From Camelus ferus (Eukaryota): a stretch of 64,000 nt of DNA. Under the pieces are notes generated by a model, which was not told where the DNA came from, ran no database searches, and saw only the letters and a list, made by a program, of their open reading frames with translations. The stretch covers positions 45,944,001 through 46,008,000 of the forward strand of contig NC_045696.1 in assembly GCF_009834535.1 (NCBI RefSeq), written 5' to 3'. Below are positions 38,018-51,261 of this stretch, one piece after another; positions within the stretch are counted from its first letter, which is position 1, and every line of letters starts with the position of its first letter. The position numbers and the translations under genes were made by a program.

Positions 38018-38739
38018 TAAATGTTTCAGTAAGAAAGTAGTCACATACAGAATATTTGCTGATGCTGGACAAGGAGTTTTACAAAGCACAACAGAAGTAT
38101 TTCAGGAGTTGGAGATAGGTGGGAAAAGGAAGCATAAGGTTCTACAAAGCTTTAAGGGGAATACTGGAGCTAAAGGATGACTGGTAATGTAAGGCTCCCC
38201 TTAGTGTCTGACAACTCTGGGATAGAAGAAATAAAGTCGGACCTGGTGGATGCAAGGTCAATTGTGTTGATGATGACTTGAGTTTAGAGTCAGGGAGAGT
38301 TGGATCTCTGGAACTTTCTCTTGAAAAGTCTTTGGTGAGGCATGGTCTTAGTCACAGTGTATGGGTTCACCTTTGAGCCCTATGAGAAGAGGGGTAAACT
38401 TATGGCAATTCTGCTGACTCATCTTTGACTATTTTTGTAGTTCCAGATGTCTAAAGAAGCCAGCTAGTATGAAAAATAATCTTCCTTAACCTGTACCCAG
38501 TCTGGATTTCTATCCCATCTCTCATAGCACTTTACAACCCTGGCATTCAACCTACCCCCAGGTAGTTTAGGGAATGGCTGACAGCCCAAATGTCAGAGGT
38601 GGAAGAAGAGTGTCTTGTGCACATTACTTGACACTTCTAAAAATAATTTAAAGTAAAACATATTAGCACTTTAACCTGCATCAAAATATCCTGTAGCTAT
38701 TTAACTCTTTATATCCTAATCTCCTACGCCTCCTGTTTC

Positions 38740-39140
38740 CAACTTTCTATGCCATCTCCTCTCTCCATACACACATGAACCATTCACTCCTGACAACTCA
38801 AACTTTCCAAATCCACAATCCACTTTCATTGGTTGGGTCTTTGCTTATGCTACCCTCTCAGCCTGGATGTTGCATCCCCAACCTTTTGTCCACCTGATGT
38901 ACTCTTACTTAGACCTCATTCAAATGCCCCACCTCTCCTGGAAAGCCTTCCCTTGTGATCCCACCTCAGATGCTCCATTCTCGGTGTTGTGCCCTACTTT
39001 GTACACACTACTCCATCAGAGCATACGGTGCAACATGCTAACTCTTCTTGTGCTTGTCTTCCCTGCTAGTTACTCAGTTCTTCAGAGTCAGGCAATGCTA
39101 TTCAACTTTATACCATAATTGCCTCAAGTGCCTGCTGAAT
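38740..39140 (+). mobile_element. L2 3' fragment
   Basis: 'ctttgcttatgctaccctctcagcctggatg...caaatgccccacctctcctggaaagccttcc'. Confidence 0.7.
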
Positions 39141-42100
39141 TAAATTAAATATAAAATACTATTAAATTTTGCAGAATAGGCGGTGTTGACCAAAGCTAGA
39201 GTCGTATGAAGTTCACCCAAGTTTACAAAAAGGTGACTAATACTCACTATTATCAAAAATGCTTATTCATATTGCCAAAAATAGTATAAGGAAATAAGTT
39301 TCAAGAATTTTGCAAATGGAACCATTTATTTCAGTCTTATAATGATTAGTTTAGTCATCCCAGGAGTATAGCTGGAGTTGGGAGATTCAAAGTAGCTTAA
39401 TAAATATAGTTGGTTTCAATGAAAAAATAAAGGATTAAATTGCACTCCATCAAGGTGCAGTAATACTATGCACTTAAACAGCACAAAGGGAGCAGAAGGT
39501 TAATTGGAACATAAATCAAATCCCATTTTAGTGGACTAAATAAGCCTTTAATCAAAAGGCAGAATTAGGATTAAACACTAAAATAAACGAGTGTTATTAT
39601 CTGAGATCCTGGCTTATAAAAATATGACAAATTAGGTTAACTTTATTGGAATACCCACAATTTTACAGTATACTGGCACAGACACAATTTGGTAAGGTAC
39701 AGTTTACAACATAGTTCAAAATATACTGGCCACAGAGTAAAAGCATAAGTCAGATGCCATTTTTCCAGAGGGCTTATATAATAACAAAGTGTTATTTAGC
39801 CCAATCCAGTTCAAGTGTGTGGGCATCTCATAAAGTCACCTCAGATTTTAAAACTTGTTTGAAACTGAATTCAAGTGCAACATCCTGATACAATCAAATG
39901 GCCACCGAATGACAATAAATATAGATCCTTCAGAGGTTTAATTTTAAGTATAGGCTTTTATTTTAAAATTTATATCTGGCCATTTATTTTGTTATTGCTT
40001 TAACAAGAAAGTTAGTGCATAATAATAAACATCAATAATTTGTTTGAAAGCCAGTAAAGAGAATCGCAAGCTTTCAACAGTTTTAAGAGCTTATGTCAGT
40101 CATAATGACAGGAGCAATTCACAGCCTTCTTTGCTGGACACTCACAGAATGTCCAAATTGACATGCTAGGAAATTCTATTTTCTCTGAACTTATACTGCA
40201 TCCCAGGAAATTGGTGTTTCATATCACTGGGATAACAAAAAGCTGCAATTCTTCTACACTGCTTTCTCGCCCTGAGACATGTGACATGATAGCATCTCCA
40301 TCTTGACAAAGGCTTGAGGAAGAAATGAAGGGATGTTAACGTCCTCCTTAAGCAGACAGAAACAAAAAGTTAACTTTCTTTCTCTCAGAAAAGATCAGCC
40401 TCCCAGTTAGGTACTTCATTAGTACTGTATTTTCCACAATGTGAAATTCTGTGTATTTTTTCAGTCCATTTAAAAAAACTAAAACTTCTCACCATACTCC
40501 AAATCATTAGTATTAAGTGACATTTATGAAATTCTAGATTTGCATAACTGTGTGTAGAAAATTGATAATAAAATCTAAAGACAGTTCTCTCCAGAATTAC
40601 ACTCACATACTATTTTTTTAATCCCAGAAGGAATCATATAGAGATAGTAACTGCGATTATCTGAATAGTTACTGCAGTCAACAGCAAGAGCAAAAGTTCT
40701 GAATACATTCAGTGTGGCCAAAGGCCCACAAACCAGCAGTTACACACTGAAGAGTGAGAAGACACTGCCTGATGTCCATTGCCTGTAATTTATAAAAGAA
40801 TGCAGTAACAAAAGAAGACTGAATTGAGGAAGCTCAGAATATGTTAAGATTCAAACTTAGAAGAACCTGGGTTCTTATAACCTGCTCTGTACATGCTACA
40901 GCCTTCGCCTCTTCCTCAGCCTTTTACATAATACTAACATTGCTTCCTACTGATGACTTATGCCCCAAGTCATGGTGACCACCATAGTAACAGTGCATAT
41001 TGTATAACGTGAAGCTATCACATTCGCGATTCCAACAAAATGGATGCTAATTCCAGAATTCTGCCTTAGGAAGCTAAAAATGCACACACAACATAGGTAA
41101 TTTCCCTTTTCCCTGTAGTGTAAATAGACAAGCTAGAGCCTAGATGTCCTGTCAAGGAACTTATTGTCATAAAATGCAAGAGTTCCAGTCAATCATATCT
41201 TTGACATTTCAGAAGAGCAGCTCACTAGCATTCCCAACCAGGATGGTCAGGTCCACGATGCCAACAGTAAAACTGATGGAAGCAAAGAGTTCATAGGTCA
41301 GTGCACTCAGCTGGTACTAGACTTGCCACTTAAAGTGACAGGGGACTGACATTTCCACAGCTGCTTAGAGTCAGACAGTGAGGCAGTGTGAAAAAATGGA
41401 AGACACTCCTCTCATCCTATCATAGCTTATTAATTTTTGGCAGATACTTTGACTTCCTACTTCTATCTCTGCCTAGAAATTCCTGAACTCTGAGCAATGT
41501 CATTATACCTTGACTGTGATCTTCACTTGGACAGCAAAGAATCTTAGATGGTAGATTTGAGCCCCTCTACATGAAGCAGATTTAAATTTCTATTAAACAT
41601 ACTATGGTAGAAAGGTATAAGCACACACCTAAATATACCTCCAATAGTTTTAGTTTTGCCACAGGGAGATCCTGAAAATTATAATCATCCATATGGAAAC
41701 TTCACAGCAATGGAAAATTTTTCTGGAAAAAAGCAAGTATCTACCTGATAATGTTACACTTAAATTTTAAACTCCATATTATCCTTTTTTGCCAAATTGA
41801 GGAATAAAAGATTTGAATCTAGTTATCTTAACAGTAAACATGTGTCTTTAATTGCCTTCTTAAAAGTTTTATTAACATTGTATTGTAAAACAGGTTGAAC
41901 CTCATTTCTATGAATAATTCATAATGGAAAGTATGGCTCAGGTAATTTCTTTTTCTACTTTGCAGCAATTGGTTAATTGAGTTCAAGATCTTCAACTATT
42001 GAGCAATTATTCTGTTGTTGTATTTCATGTAGACAATGGCAGAATAAGGTGGAACGGGACATTTGGAAGCACGGATAACAAATAGATCTACTTTTCGAAG

Positions 42101-43346
42101 TGCTTAAATCATTATTAACCTCTCGACTTACCAGTTTTTAAAAATTGTCCCTCCAGAGTAAAACGGTACAAATGCATCTCAAGAATACTCTCGTCACCTA
42201 ATAACCAGAATTGAATAAGTAATCTAGTATAATTCAAAATTCAAACCAAAAAACACCTGTAGAGGCCCTAAGAGCGAGGCACTCTGGAGGATACAAAGGA
42301 CACTGTGTGCCATAATAAGCTATCACAGATAACTGGAATACAAGTTTCCAAGTGATTTCACCGGAATGCAGAGGAAGCACTGAAAAAGTGAGAGATCGTA
42401 TTTTTTAGAACAACAAGAAAAATGTTGTAGAGAACTGACAACAGGAATAAAATTTGGTACAAAGGGTTTTTCTAGAAATTTGTTTAGCTATTAATTTATT
42501 TCTCAAAATAAGTCTGAAGAGAAGGTAATTCATATGAGTAAATGAAACTTTTTGTAGTCCATGTAATCTTTTAGGTAAACAATAGGCAGAAGCATTCAAT
42601 TCTTGTATTGGATGTTCCTTTTCCTTATATTGCCTACTAATACTACCTGGTGCACAGTATTTTTTTTTAATCTAGCCGAATACAGTTTAATGGCTAAATA
42701 TATTGATATATTCATACTATAGAATATTATAAGTAGTTTAAAAAATAGATGTATTTTTATGAAGTTAGATGAATTAATTTCCAGAATATATGTTGAATGG
42801 AAAAGCCAGCTGTAGAATGTTGCATACACCATGATATTATATATGCCAAAAACACTAAGGAGAACTCATTGCAATTTACATAATTGTATTTATCTAAATT
42901 CTAAGACCCTAATTCTCAATTGATTTGAGGCTCTAGGCAATAAGTTTGAAAACTTAGTATAGATCAACCCAAGGGAGACATATTTTCAGTTTACAAGATA
43001 GGATTCAAGCCCACGAGTCGTATCACCATGAGAGAGAGTCAACGACTTGTGTAGGGTGGCAAGGACTTCCTGATAGGGGTGCTGCTCATTCATTCTACCT
43101 GGATACAGTGCCCAGGAGTCACCTGAAGGTAGAGGGTGTTCCCCCCTCTGAATATGTGGCATTCTGCTCAGCTTCTGCCAGGTGCTCTCAAAAGGCACTG
43201 ACAATGTTCACTGAGGAACTGTGAGAGACTGTTAAATTTCCTGTCTTAAATCCTTTTCCACTTCATTCCCACAAGTTGCAAGTACATAGGCCATCATATG
43301 TCCAAAGTATGTTTTATTAAATAAAATCAAAAGTTACTGATATCAA

Positions 43347-43643
43347 CTCACAGACATAGACAACAAACTTGTGGTTACCAAGAGGGAAACACAGTGGGAA
43401 GGGATAAATTGGGAGTTCGAGATTTGCAGATGCTACTGTATGTAAAATACATAAACAGTAAGTTTCTTCTGTATAGCACAGGGAACTATATTCAATATCT
43501 TATAGTAGCCTATAATGGAAAAGAATATGAAAATGAATATATGTATGTATATGTATGACTGAAGCTTTATGCTGTACACCAGAAATTGATATAACATTGT
43601 AAACTGACTATATTTCAATTAAAAACAAAGGGAGACATTAAAA
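43347..43643 (+). mobile_element. Young camelid-type L1 3' end
   Basis: 'gggaagggataaattgggagttcgagatttgcaga'; perfect 18-bp TSD aaaagttactgatatcaa at 43329-43346 and 43644-43661. Confidence 0.92.
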
Positions 43644-43662
43644 AAAAGTTACTGATATCAAG

Positions 43663-44667
43663 TGACCAGCAAGAGATTAATTTCCAAAATACACAAACAG
43701 CTCATACAGCTCAATATCAAAAAAAAAAAAAGGGCAGAAGAACAAAACAGACATTTCTCCAAAAAAGACATCCAGATGGCCAACAGGCATAATGAAAATA
43801 GATGTTCAATATTGCTAATTATTAGAGAAAGGCAAAGCAAAACTACAACGAGCTATCACCCCAAACAAGTCAGAATGGCCATCATTAAAAAGTCTGTAGG
43901 TAATAAATAAATGTTGGAGAGGGTGTGGAGAAAAGGGAATCCTCCTATACTGATGGTGGGAGTATAAATTTGTGCAGCCACTATGGAGAACAGTATGAAC
44001 ATTCCTTAAAAAAAAATTAAAAATACAGTTACTATATGATCCAGAAATCCCACTCATGGGCATATATCCAGAAAAGACAAAAACTTTAATTCAAAAAGAC
44101 ACCCCCAATGTTCATAGCAGCACTATTTACAATAGCCAAGACATGAAAGCAACCTAAATGTCCATCAACAGATGAATGGATAAAGAAGATAAATTGAATA
44201 TTACTTGGCCATAAAAAAGAATGAAATAATTTCATTTGCAGCAACATGGATGGACCTAGAGATTATCATACTAAGTGAATTAAATCAAACAGAGAAAGAC
44301 AAACATGGTATCACTTACATATGGAATCTAAAAAAATGATACAAATGAACTTATTTACAAAACAGACATAGAAAACAAACTTATGGTCACCAAAAGGGAA
44401 AAGGGAGGAGGGATAAATTAGGATTTGGGGATCAAGATATTCCCACTACTATGTATAAAATAGATAAACAAGAAAAACCTACTGTATAGCACAGGGAACC
44501 ATATTTAATACCTTTTAATAATCCTTAATGGAAAAAAATCTGAAAAAGAATATATATATATATAAATAACTGAATCACTTTGCTGTGCAATCGAAATTAA
44601 CACAACATTGTAAATGAACTATATTTCAATTTAAAAATGATTAAACTTCAAAAAAAATTAATTTTAG
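43663..44667 (+). mobile_element. Artiodactyl-type L1, 5'-truncated (ORF2 C-terminus plus 3'UTR)
   Basis: ORF 43662-43910 reads KRLISKIHKQLIQLN...NRHFSKKDIQMANRH...VRMAIIKKS (L1 ORF2 C-terminus); typical 3'UTR; degenerate TSD at 44668-44685. Confidence 0.92.
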
Positions 44668-45273
44668 AAGTTAACCAATATCAAGCAGCAGGGAAGGAGA
44701 AGGGTTGAAAATGTGCTGATAGACTGGCAATTACCAAATATAGTTTTCTATATCTGTGGTTTTCTCCAATTGGTAAAGAGGCCCAAGTTTGAAAAAGTGC
44801 AAGAAACCATCACCCTGCCTTGGAGAGTCACAATTCACATACAAACATATTTAAACGTACTAAAAGTTCTGAGAAGTCATGCAATAACACAATCTGTTGA
44901 GCATTGTTTAATTTCTCTCTAAGTGCCACTCTCATCTGCCTCTTAGACATACCCAAAGGCACCTAAGCCTTCACGTGTCAAAAACTGAACGTATGGGTCA
45001 CCACCCCAAACCCTATCTTCCTTGGGTGACTCCTAAGGTGTGCATCATCCATCTAGTGTTGCAAGTCGGCAAGTTCAATCCCGCTCTCGCTCATCCTATC
45101 TATACAATCCAACATTCAATCTGGTCACTTCTGCTTATGAAAAGCCTCCCACTTCTGCACGCTTCTCTCAATTTCTGCCATGCCCACTACCGTACATACT
45201 ACATTGTCTCCTATCAGAACTACTGCTGTGGTCCCCTACCAGGTACTCCCATATCCATTCTTGCCACCTGTTA

Positions 45274-45652
45274 GCATTAGTCTGCTTGAGCTGCCATACA
45301 AAAATGCCATAGACTGGGTGGCTTAAATAACAGAAATTTATTTTCTCAGTCATGAAGGCTAGAAGTCCAGGATCAAGGTGCCTCTAGACTTCCTGGCTTG
45401 CAAACGGCTGCCTTCTCATTGTGTCCTCATGTGGCCTCTTCTCCTTGCACAGACTGAGAGAAAGAAAGATCTCTGCTGTCTCTTCCTCTTCTTTTATGAA
45501 GATGCCAGTCCTATCAGATTAAGGCTCCACACTTATGAACTCATATAACCTTTATTACTTCCTTATAGGCCCTATCTCCACATTCAGTCACACTAGAAGT
45601 TAGGGCTTCAACATATAAATTGGGGGGAGGGGTCACAATTCAGTCCACACTA
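45274..45652 (-). mobile_element. MaLR solo LTR (MLT1A-like)
   Basis: 'ccatagactgggtggcttaaataacagaaatttattttctca...cacaattcagtcca'. Confidence 0.85.
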
Positions 45653-46050
45653 CCCTCTTTTATTCCAAGGTCCAACTGTAACAAGTGTTACTTTAAAAAT
45701 GAAAATCTCATCATGTCACTCTCCCTCAAAAGTGGTCTTTAACAAAATCATTGATGCTTTGCTCATCCTGGCCTCAGCTTAGCTTGTTACCTCATTGTGT
45801 GTGCTTCTGCTACAATGACCTTTTTTAAATTTCTCAAACATCATATTTCTTTTTATCTAAAGCCCTTTTTATATGCTGTTCCATTTCTGCATTGCTGACT
45901 TTCCTCTTCTCCTAGGAAAACTTCTCTGGCCCCCAAATACACCAGAACTAAACAAGACCTCCTAAAATAGTCTGCAATAATGTCCTATATATTTTATTCC
46001 CTACAATTGCCTGAGTTAGATATTATATATTTGTGTAATTAGTTGGTTAA

Positions 46051-46409
46051 TGTCTTAGTCCGTTTGGGCTGCTTTGACAATATCGACTGGTGGCTTATCA
46101 ACAACAGAAATTTATTTCCCACGGTTCTAGGTGCTGGAAGTCCAAAGTCAAGGTGCCTGCATGGTCAGGTGAGGACCCCTTCCTGAGAGCCTGCGCCTTC
46201 TTGCTGTGTCCTCACATGGTAGAAGGGGCTATGGAGTTCTATGCGGTCTCTTTTTCATAAGCACACTAACCTCATTCACAAGGGCTCTACTCTCATGACC
46301 TACTAATCACCTCCTAAAGGCCCCACCCTCTGATACACCCTCTGTCACATTGGACATTGGGATTTCAAGTAATAAATTTGGGGTGGACACAAACATTCAG
46401 AAGATAGCA
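46051..46409 (-). mobile_element. MaLR solo LTR (MLT1A/MST-like)
   Basis: tgtcttagtccgtttgggctgct...gacacaaacattcagaagatagca; TSD gttaa/attaa. Confidence 0.85.
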
Positions 46410-49234
46410 ATTAATGTCTGTTTTTCTTACTAGATCATAAGCAACAGGAGGCAGTGATCATGTCCATTTTGCCCATCTGACATCATCTTGCAAGGTGTTC
46501 ACCATATAGTAAGTACTAAACATCTGTTTAATGAATGAATAAATATACCCAGAATTCCTTTAATTTACTAGTAAAAAGATTACAAAGCCTACTTATAAAT
46601 ACTTTGCTTAACCAGCATTATGCCAAACACAATTCTGGAAACTTGTGAATCATCTAAACTTCCCTGGGATAAAGATAAATCCTGGCAAATAAATTCAAAG
46701 GAAAATTTGTCCAAATCTAGAATTCAGGAGGTCACATATCTGCAGATATGAACAAACAGAAAACAGAATCTGATTGGGAGAATTTTATACAGATTCTTGA
46801 AAATTTTCAGACAGATTCTAAAAGGACCTCTTTCCTTCTTATATCAACTGGTGACCCTGTGATCAGAATTAAATTCTGTTTCTTAGGTATAGGCACCCAT
46901 ATGTGTGTGGTTCAAATTAATTACAATACATTTACTTGGCTCTAACAATAAAATTATTTTATCATCTGATTGCTATGAATGTATATGTGTGTGCTTATGA
47001 TAAATTAAAATGCACAAGACTATTTGCCTGGCTCTATATATAGAAAATGCCTCTCACTGCACTAGAGGAACTAAATAATATTTTCTGAAAATTATGATTT
47101 GGGCATAAAATAGTTTTTATAAGCTAACCTTAATGGTCCTGCCAAGACTGAGATGCTATGACTCTACTTTTTTATACTTCAGAACTAATACCGCAGATAG
47201 ATGACCCTAGAGAAATATCATCAAGGATGTCTTTGGACAACAAAGATACTAGAAGGTCCATTCATGTAAATGCCAAGAAAATGCCATTCATACAGGTAAA
47301 CTGAATTGCCTGATATCTAATTCCCAAATACTAACACAAATTCTATCTTTTAAAATTACCTAGGGATCCATTTAAAAGTTAGTAGAGAAAAATAACGACT
47401 GAAAGTCATTACAAAACCATAAGTCATTTATACCAATTTATGGTATATAACTGTCCTATGTTGAATCAGGTGGTAGAGAGGTCTGGAACTTAAGATCATA
47501 AAAACTCATTAATTTGTTTTTCCAAACTGAAGATAATTTGTATTCAGTTGATTATAAAGTTTCCTTTTATTTAATCCATCAGAAAAGGGCTTGCTAAGCA
47601 AATGAACATCATATACAAAACTACAGAGATAATGTTTATCTTTCTTAAGTCAAACTATTCAAGTACTTGAAGTCATTTGCATATAAGCAATTAATATGTT
47701 CAATACAGGAGATGCTCGTGTATTCATTAGAGTAATTCCTGTGGGACTACTACTCGGCAAGGCTCTGGGTGTGATTAAACATAAATTATATTGTATATAA
47801 ATGGCTGAACTAGTCTTCCAATGACTGCAACCCCCACAAGGGTCTGAGCCAAAGCAGGCACTGCAGAAGCAACCTGCAACTAATGGAGCCTCACCCGGGC
47901 ACCACCTGTTCCACAACAGGACTGTGCGCTGAGACGATGAGTCTGACAGTCCTGGATGAGGCCTCCTCAGCAGGGGAAAGACCCCCTAAGTATGATTCCA
48001 TGGGAGGTGCCATCTTCCTTATTGAAAACACTGCCTTAAAAGAAAGACCGTGGATGCTTAGTGTAACTCAAACTTTAATGACAAATCCTCAGAGTATTCT
48101 AATAGTAGTAGAGAATGACAGGAATACAAAGACATGGCTAAGGTTGAAAAAAATCAGTCTGGAAAGAAAAGCAGAAAGTAGGACTAAATCAAACTAAATG
48201 CACACCAAAGCAGCTATTGAACTTCTTAGTTTCTGTAAAAATGTACATTCTGACAAATTAAGATATCAACTCCAGAAAGCCTGACACAATGTCTCACACA
48301 CTTAGTTGTTCAAAACCATTTCTTCTGTTTTGGGGCATTAACTCAGAGCATGTTTTCTGGGGGGAAAAAAAGAAAAGAAAAAAAAAAAACACTTGTGTGT
48401 TTACCATTCTCCTTCCTTCCTCCCTCCTTCTCTTCCTTCTTCTTGACTTTTTCTCTCAAAGATGTTTCCCTGAAATGGAAATTGTGCTGGGTCTGTAACA
48501 TAATGATGAATGAAAGCCCCACAAAGTTGTTTTTTGTATCAGAAAAGGGAATAGACTCAATGAAAATTGTGTCATAAATAAAATGTGTGGAAATGACTTG
48601 CAAGTTATAAATGCAAGCATTATTATTCTCATCTAGGGGGCATTCAATAAATTCCTGCTGATAAAGAATTCCTAAGTGTTCACTAAACTTTTAATGTATT
48701 TCTTGTCACTTATCACTGACAGATGCCATAGGGCATTTTGTCTAAAATTTAATAAAGTCAATGCTTATCAAGAAATCAATTTAAATGCAAGCTGCCTACA
48801 GGCCGACTTCTTCACCAGGTGATGAGAACAGTATGTTCTCCTGGGACCAAGCATACCTCTGTGTTGATTAAGGAATTCTCGGAAGTTTCAGGTGAGTCAG
48901 GATACCACCCATGACTGCCACAGGACACTAATTAGTTCTTACAAGCAGAGTTCTACACCAGCTCTCATACCCTCTACCCGTCCTGTCCCCTTCCCCAAAA
49001 CATAATGAGGTGTTAATGACAATACTGGTGTTTTAAGGGGAAAACAATAATGGGTTTTTATGACAGAATTGTCACCAGTGACTGCATACAAATGACACCC
49101 AGAGGAAACAACGAAATACCCAAGGTCTGTGCCAGGATATCTGCTGCTAGTAAACAAACAACAAAAGGATCTCAGGCAACGTAAGTATTCTGGTGTGAGT
49201 GTAAATCACCATTGCTAGGTTACAAACCCATCGA

Positions 49235-49470
49235 CTAATATTTGCATAGCACTTGCCATTTACAAAACACTTTATATATATTCTCATACTTGAAGTCAAA
49301 GCAAACCTATAAGGCTGTATTTCACTATTACCAATTTAAGTAAAGGAAATGGAAACAGAGGATATATGACTTGCTCAAGCTCATGGAACCTAGCAGAGGC
49401 AAAACTGGGCTCAAACTCAGAATTTCTAACTCCAGATAACCTGCTTGTCCATCTATCCTAGCTGTCTCTG
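49235..49470 (-). mobile_element. MIR SINE
   Basis: 'atagcacttgccatttacaaaacacttt...tgacttgctcaagctca'. Confidence 0.7.
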
Positions 49471-49734
49471 TACAACAGCTCCACAGGACATGAGAAACTG
49501 TAAATTAATCTCAGGCACGGTGCAAGTTGAATACTCTTTAGAATGAAGAGTTTAGTACCGCTAGAATTCTGCATTGAGAATTCTGAGTGGGTCCATTCAG
49601 CGTGAGAATGTCAGTGGTAAGGCCTTCTCTTGGGGTTCAATTCCTCTGCATGGAAATCTAAGAATATCAATTTTATCTGGCCCATAACACTTAGGGTCTA
49701 TATTTTAAATCAAAAGAGTTCTGCTCCTCTAGGC

Positions 49735-49862
49735 CAGGTTTGAGTACTGAACTTGTAGCAATGTAAAATCCTGGGCTTCATTCCAAGCCTATTAAATTAG
49801 TATCCACATTTTCAGAAGGTTCTGGGTGATCCACATGCACATTAAAGTTTGAGAAGCACAGC
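49735..49862. mobile_element. MER5-family fragment
   Basis: 'ggtgatccacatgcacattaaagtttgagaagcacag' resembles the MER5 TIR end. Confidence 0.6.
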
Positions 49863-51054
49863 TCCGGTATAAATCTCACTGGAATTTATATTCTAGTAGA
49901 CTAAGGGTCCTGCCACTGTCAGAAGTTTGGGACTGTAGGCCAAATACCTCCTAATGCTATGGTGATTAGATGTACCTCTAGATTCAGCTTCTCACTTTAT
50001 TCTCACATGTTATGTCAGCACGTTTCCCTCTGGAAGGAATGAAGAGAACTCGGTGGTCAGCCAGAGCAAATAAAAGACAGAGCTGAAGTTACGTGACTTG
50101 ACATTTTCTGCAACAGAATACTGAAGAGAGAGCACTAGAGAATTGGCAGTGTTTTAATCTATTAGAAGTATCTCTGTTCAGAAATAATGGTTGATAAATG
50201 AGTTCTTTTGTTACCAAAGGAGTGAAGTACAACATGTTGGTCCCAGTGTCATATAGTCCTGAGGATTAGCAGGGGTTAATCTGTAAGCATCAACAAAACA
50301 TACTACATAAGTCATCTGTAAGTGCCAATATATGCTGATAACTCTGCTACTGAAAATTACTTTAAAGATACTTTACATCTAATTATGCTGTACTTTCCAG
50401 ATGATGCATATTATTCTGAAATGGTAATTTGCCTAAGGAAAACAAGTCAGTCAGAAGCCTGCATCACGTTTCAAAAATTTCTATCATACATAACTAGAAG
50501 TTGACAGTAATTTTGGAGATTTGTTCTCGGAATCATAAGATTGTGGAATCAGAAGTAAAGCAGGCACCTCACGTTGCAATGAAGCTGTGAATACCCAGGT
50601 GGCATGTCAAGACCAGGTGCATCACACCTTTAGGGACTGATCAAATCTGGTGTCAGCTGAACACCAGAAGGCCCAAAAGAGGGGTGTGGCAGTTAACTTC
50701 CCCCAGCTGTGACAACTAGACCCCAACCTGGCATCTTACCCCATTTTATTAGCAACCACTGAAATTTATTCTAACTAAAACTATTCATCATGTAAACAAC
50801 ACAGCCCAAATCAAACAAAACCCTGCTTAAATTGTAAAATAAAACTTCTTTATAGAAAAAGCAGATATGAAAGGAAAAGAAAGTTCCAGGAAGAAGCCTT
50901 GATTGATAATAGGCAATTAATAATAAATGCTTATTTAAAGATTCCAAATGAAGGAATCGATGAAACAATGGAGGCAGTGATCATCCCTACTACCATATAA
51001 GGTTTCTATCTTGATTCCACTTCTCTGCTCAAATGTGGAGGGTATTTTGCTTAC

Positions 51055-51194
51055 ACAGCAGCAGTGAGGTTCACCAAAGTCAATAACATGGAAAAATTAT
51101 CTTCCAAGCATTCACGCTGGAATGGGTAACATCTGCAGAATGTACGATACACATTTTTTTCACTGCAGCCAGTTTTAGTGTACTGGAGTGGAAT
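51055..51194 (-). other. Candidate non-coding exon (alternative upstream 5' exon)
   Basis: Minus-strand acceptor ttttctgcattacag| at 51195/51194 and donor TGT|GTAAGC at 51055/51054. Inr-like CCATTCC at about 51123. Lies in repeat-poor unique sequence. Confidence 0.35.
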
Positions 51195-51261
51195 CTGTAA
51201 TGCAGAAAATTCAGAAGTAAATTTATAATTGTCACAAAACTTCTTAGAGCAAAGTATGTAC

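Larger units (their letters stand above)
44930..46545 (+). mobile_element. L2 3' region interrupted by two MaLR LTRs
   Basis: 'aaaatgaaaatctcatcatgtcactctcc' and terminal 'gtttaatgaatgaataaat'. Confidence 0.7.

Noticed and set aside
43662..43910. 82-aa ORF as a gene
   Set aside because: It is a fragment of L1 ORF2 in a 5'-truncated copy.
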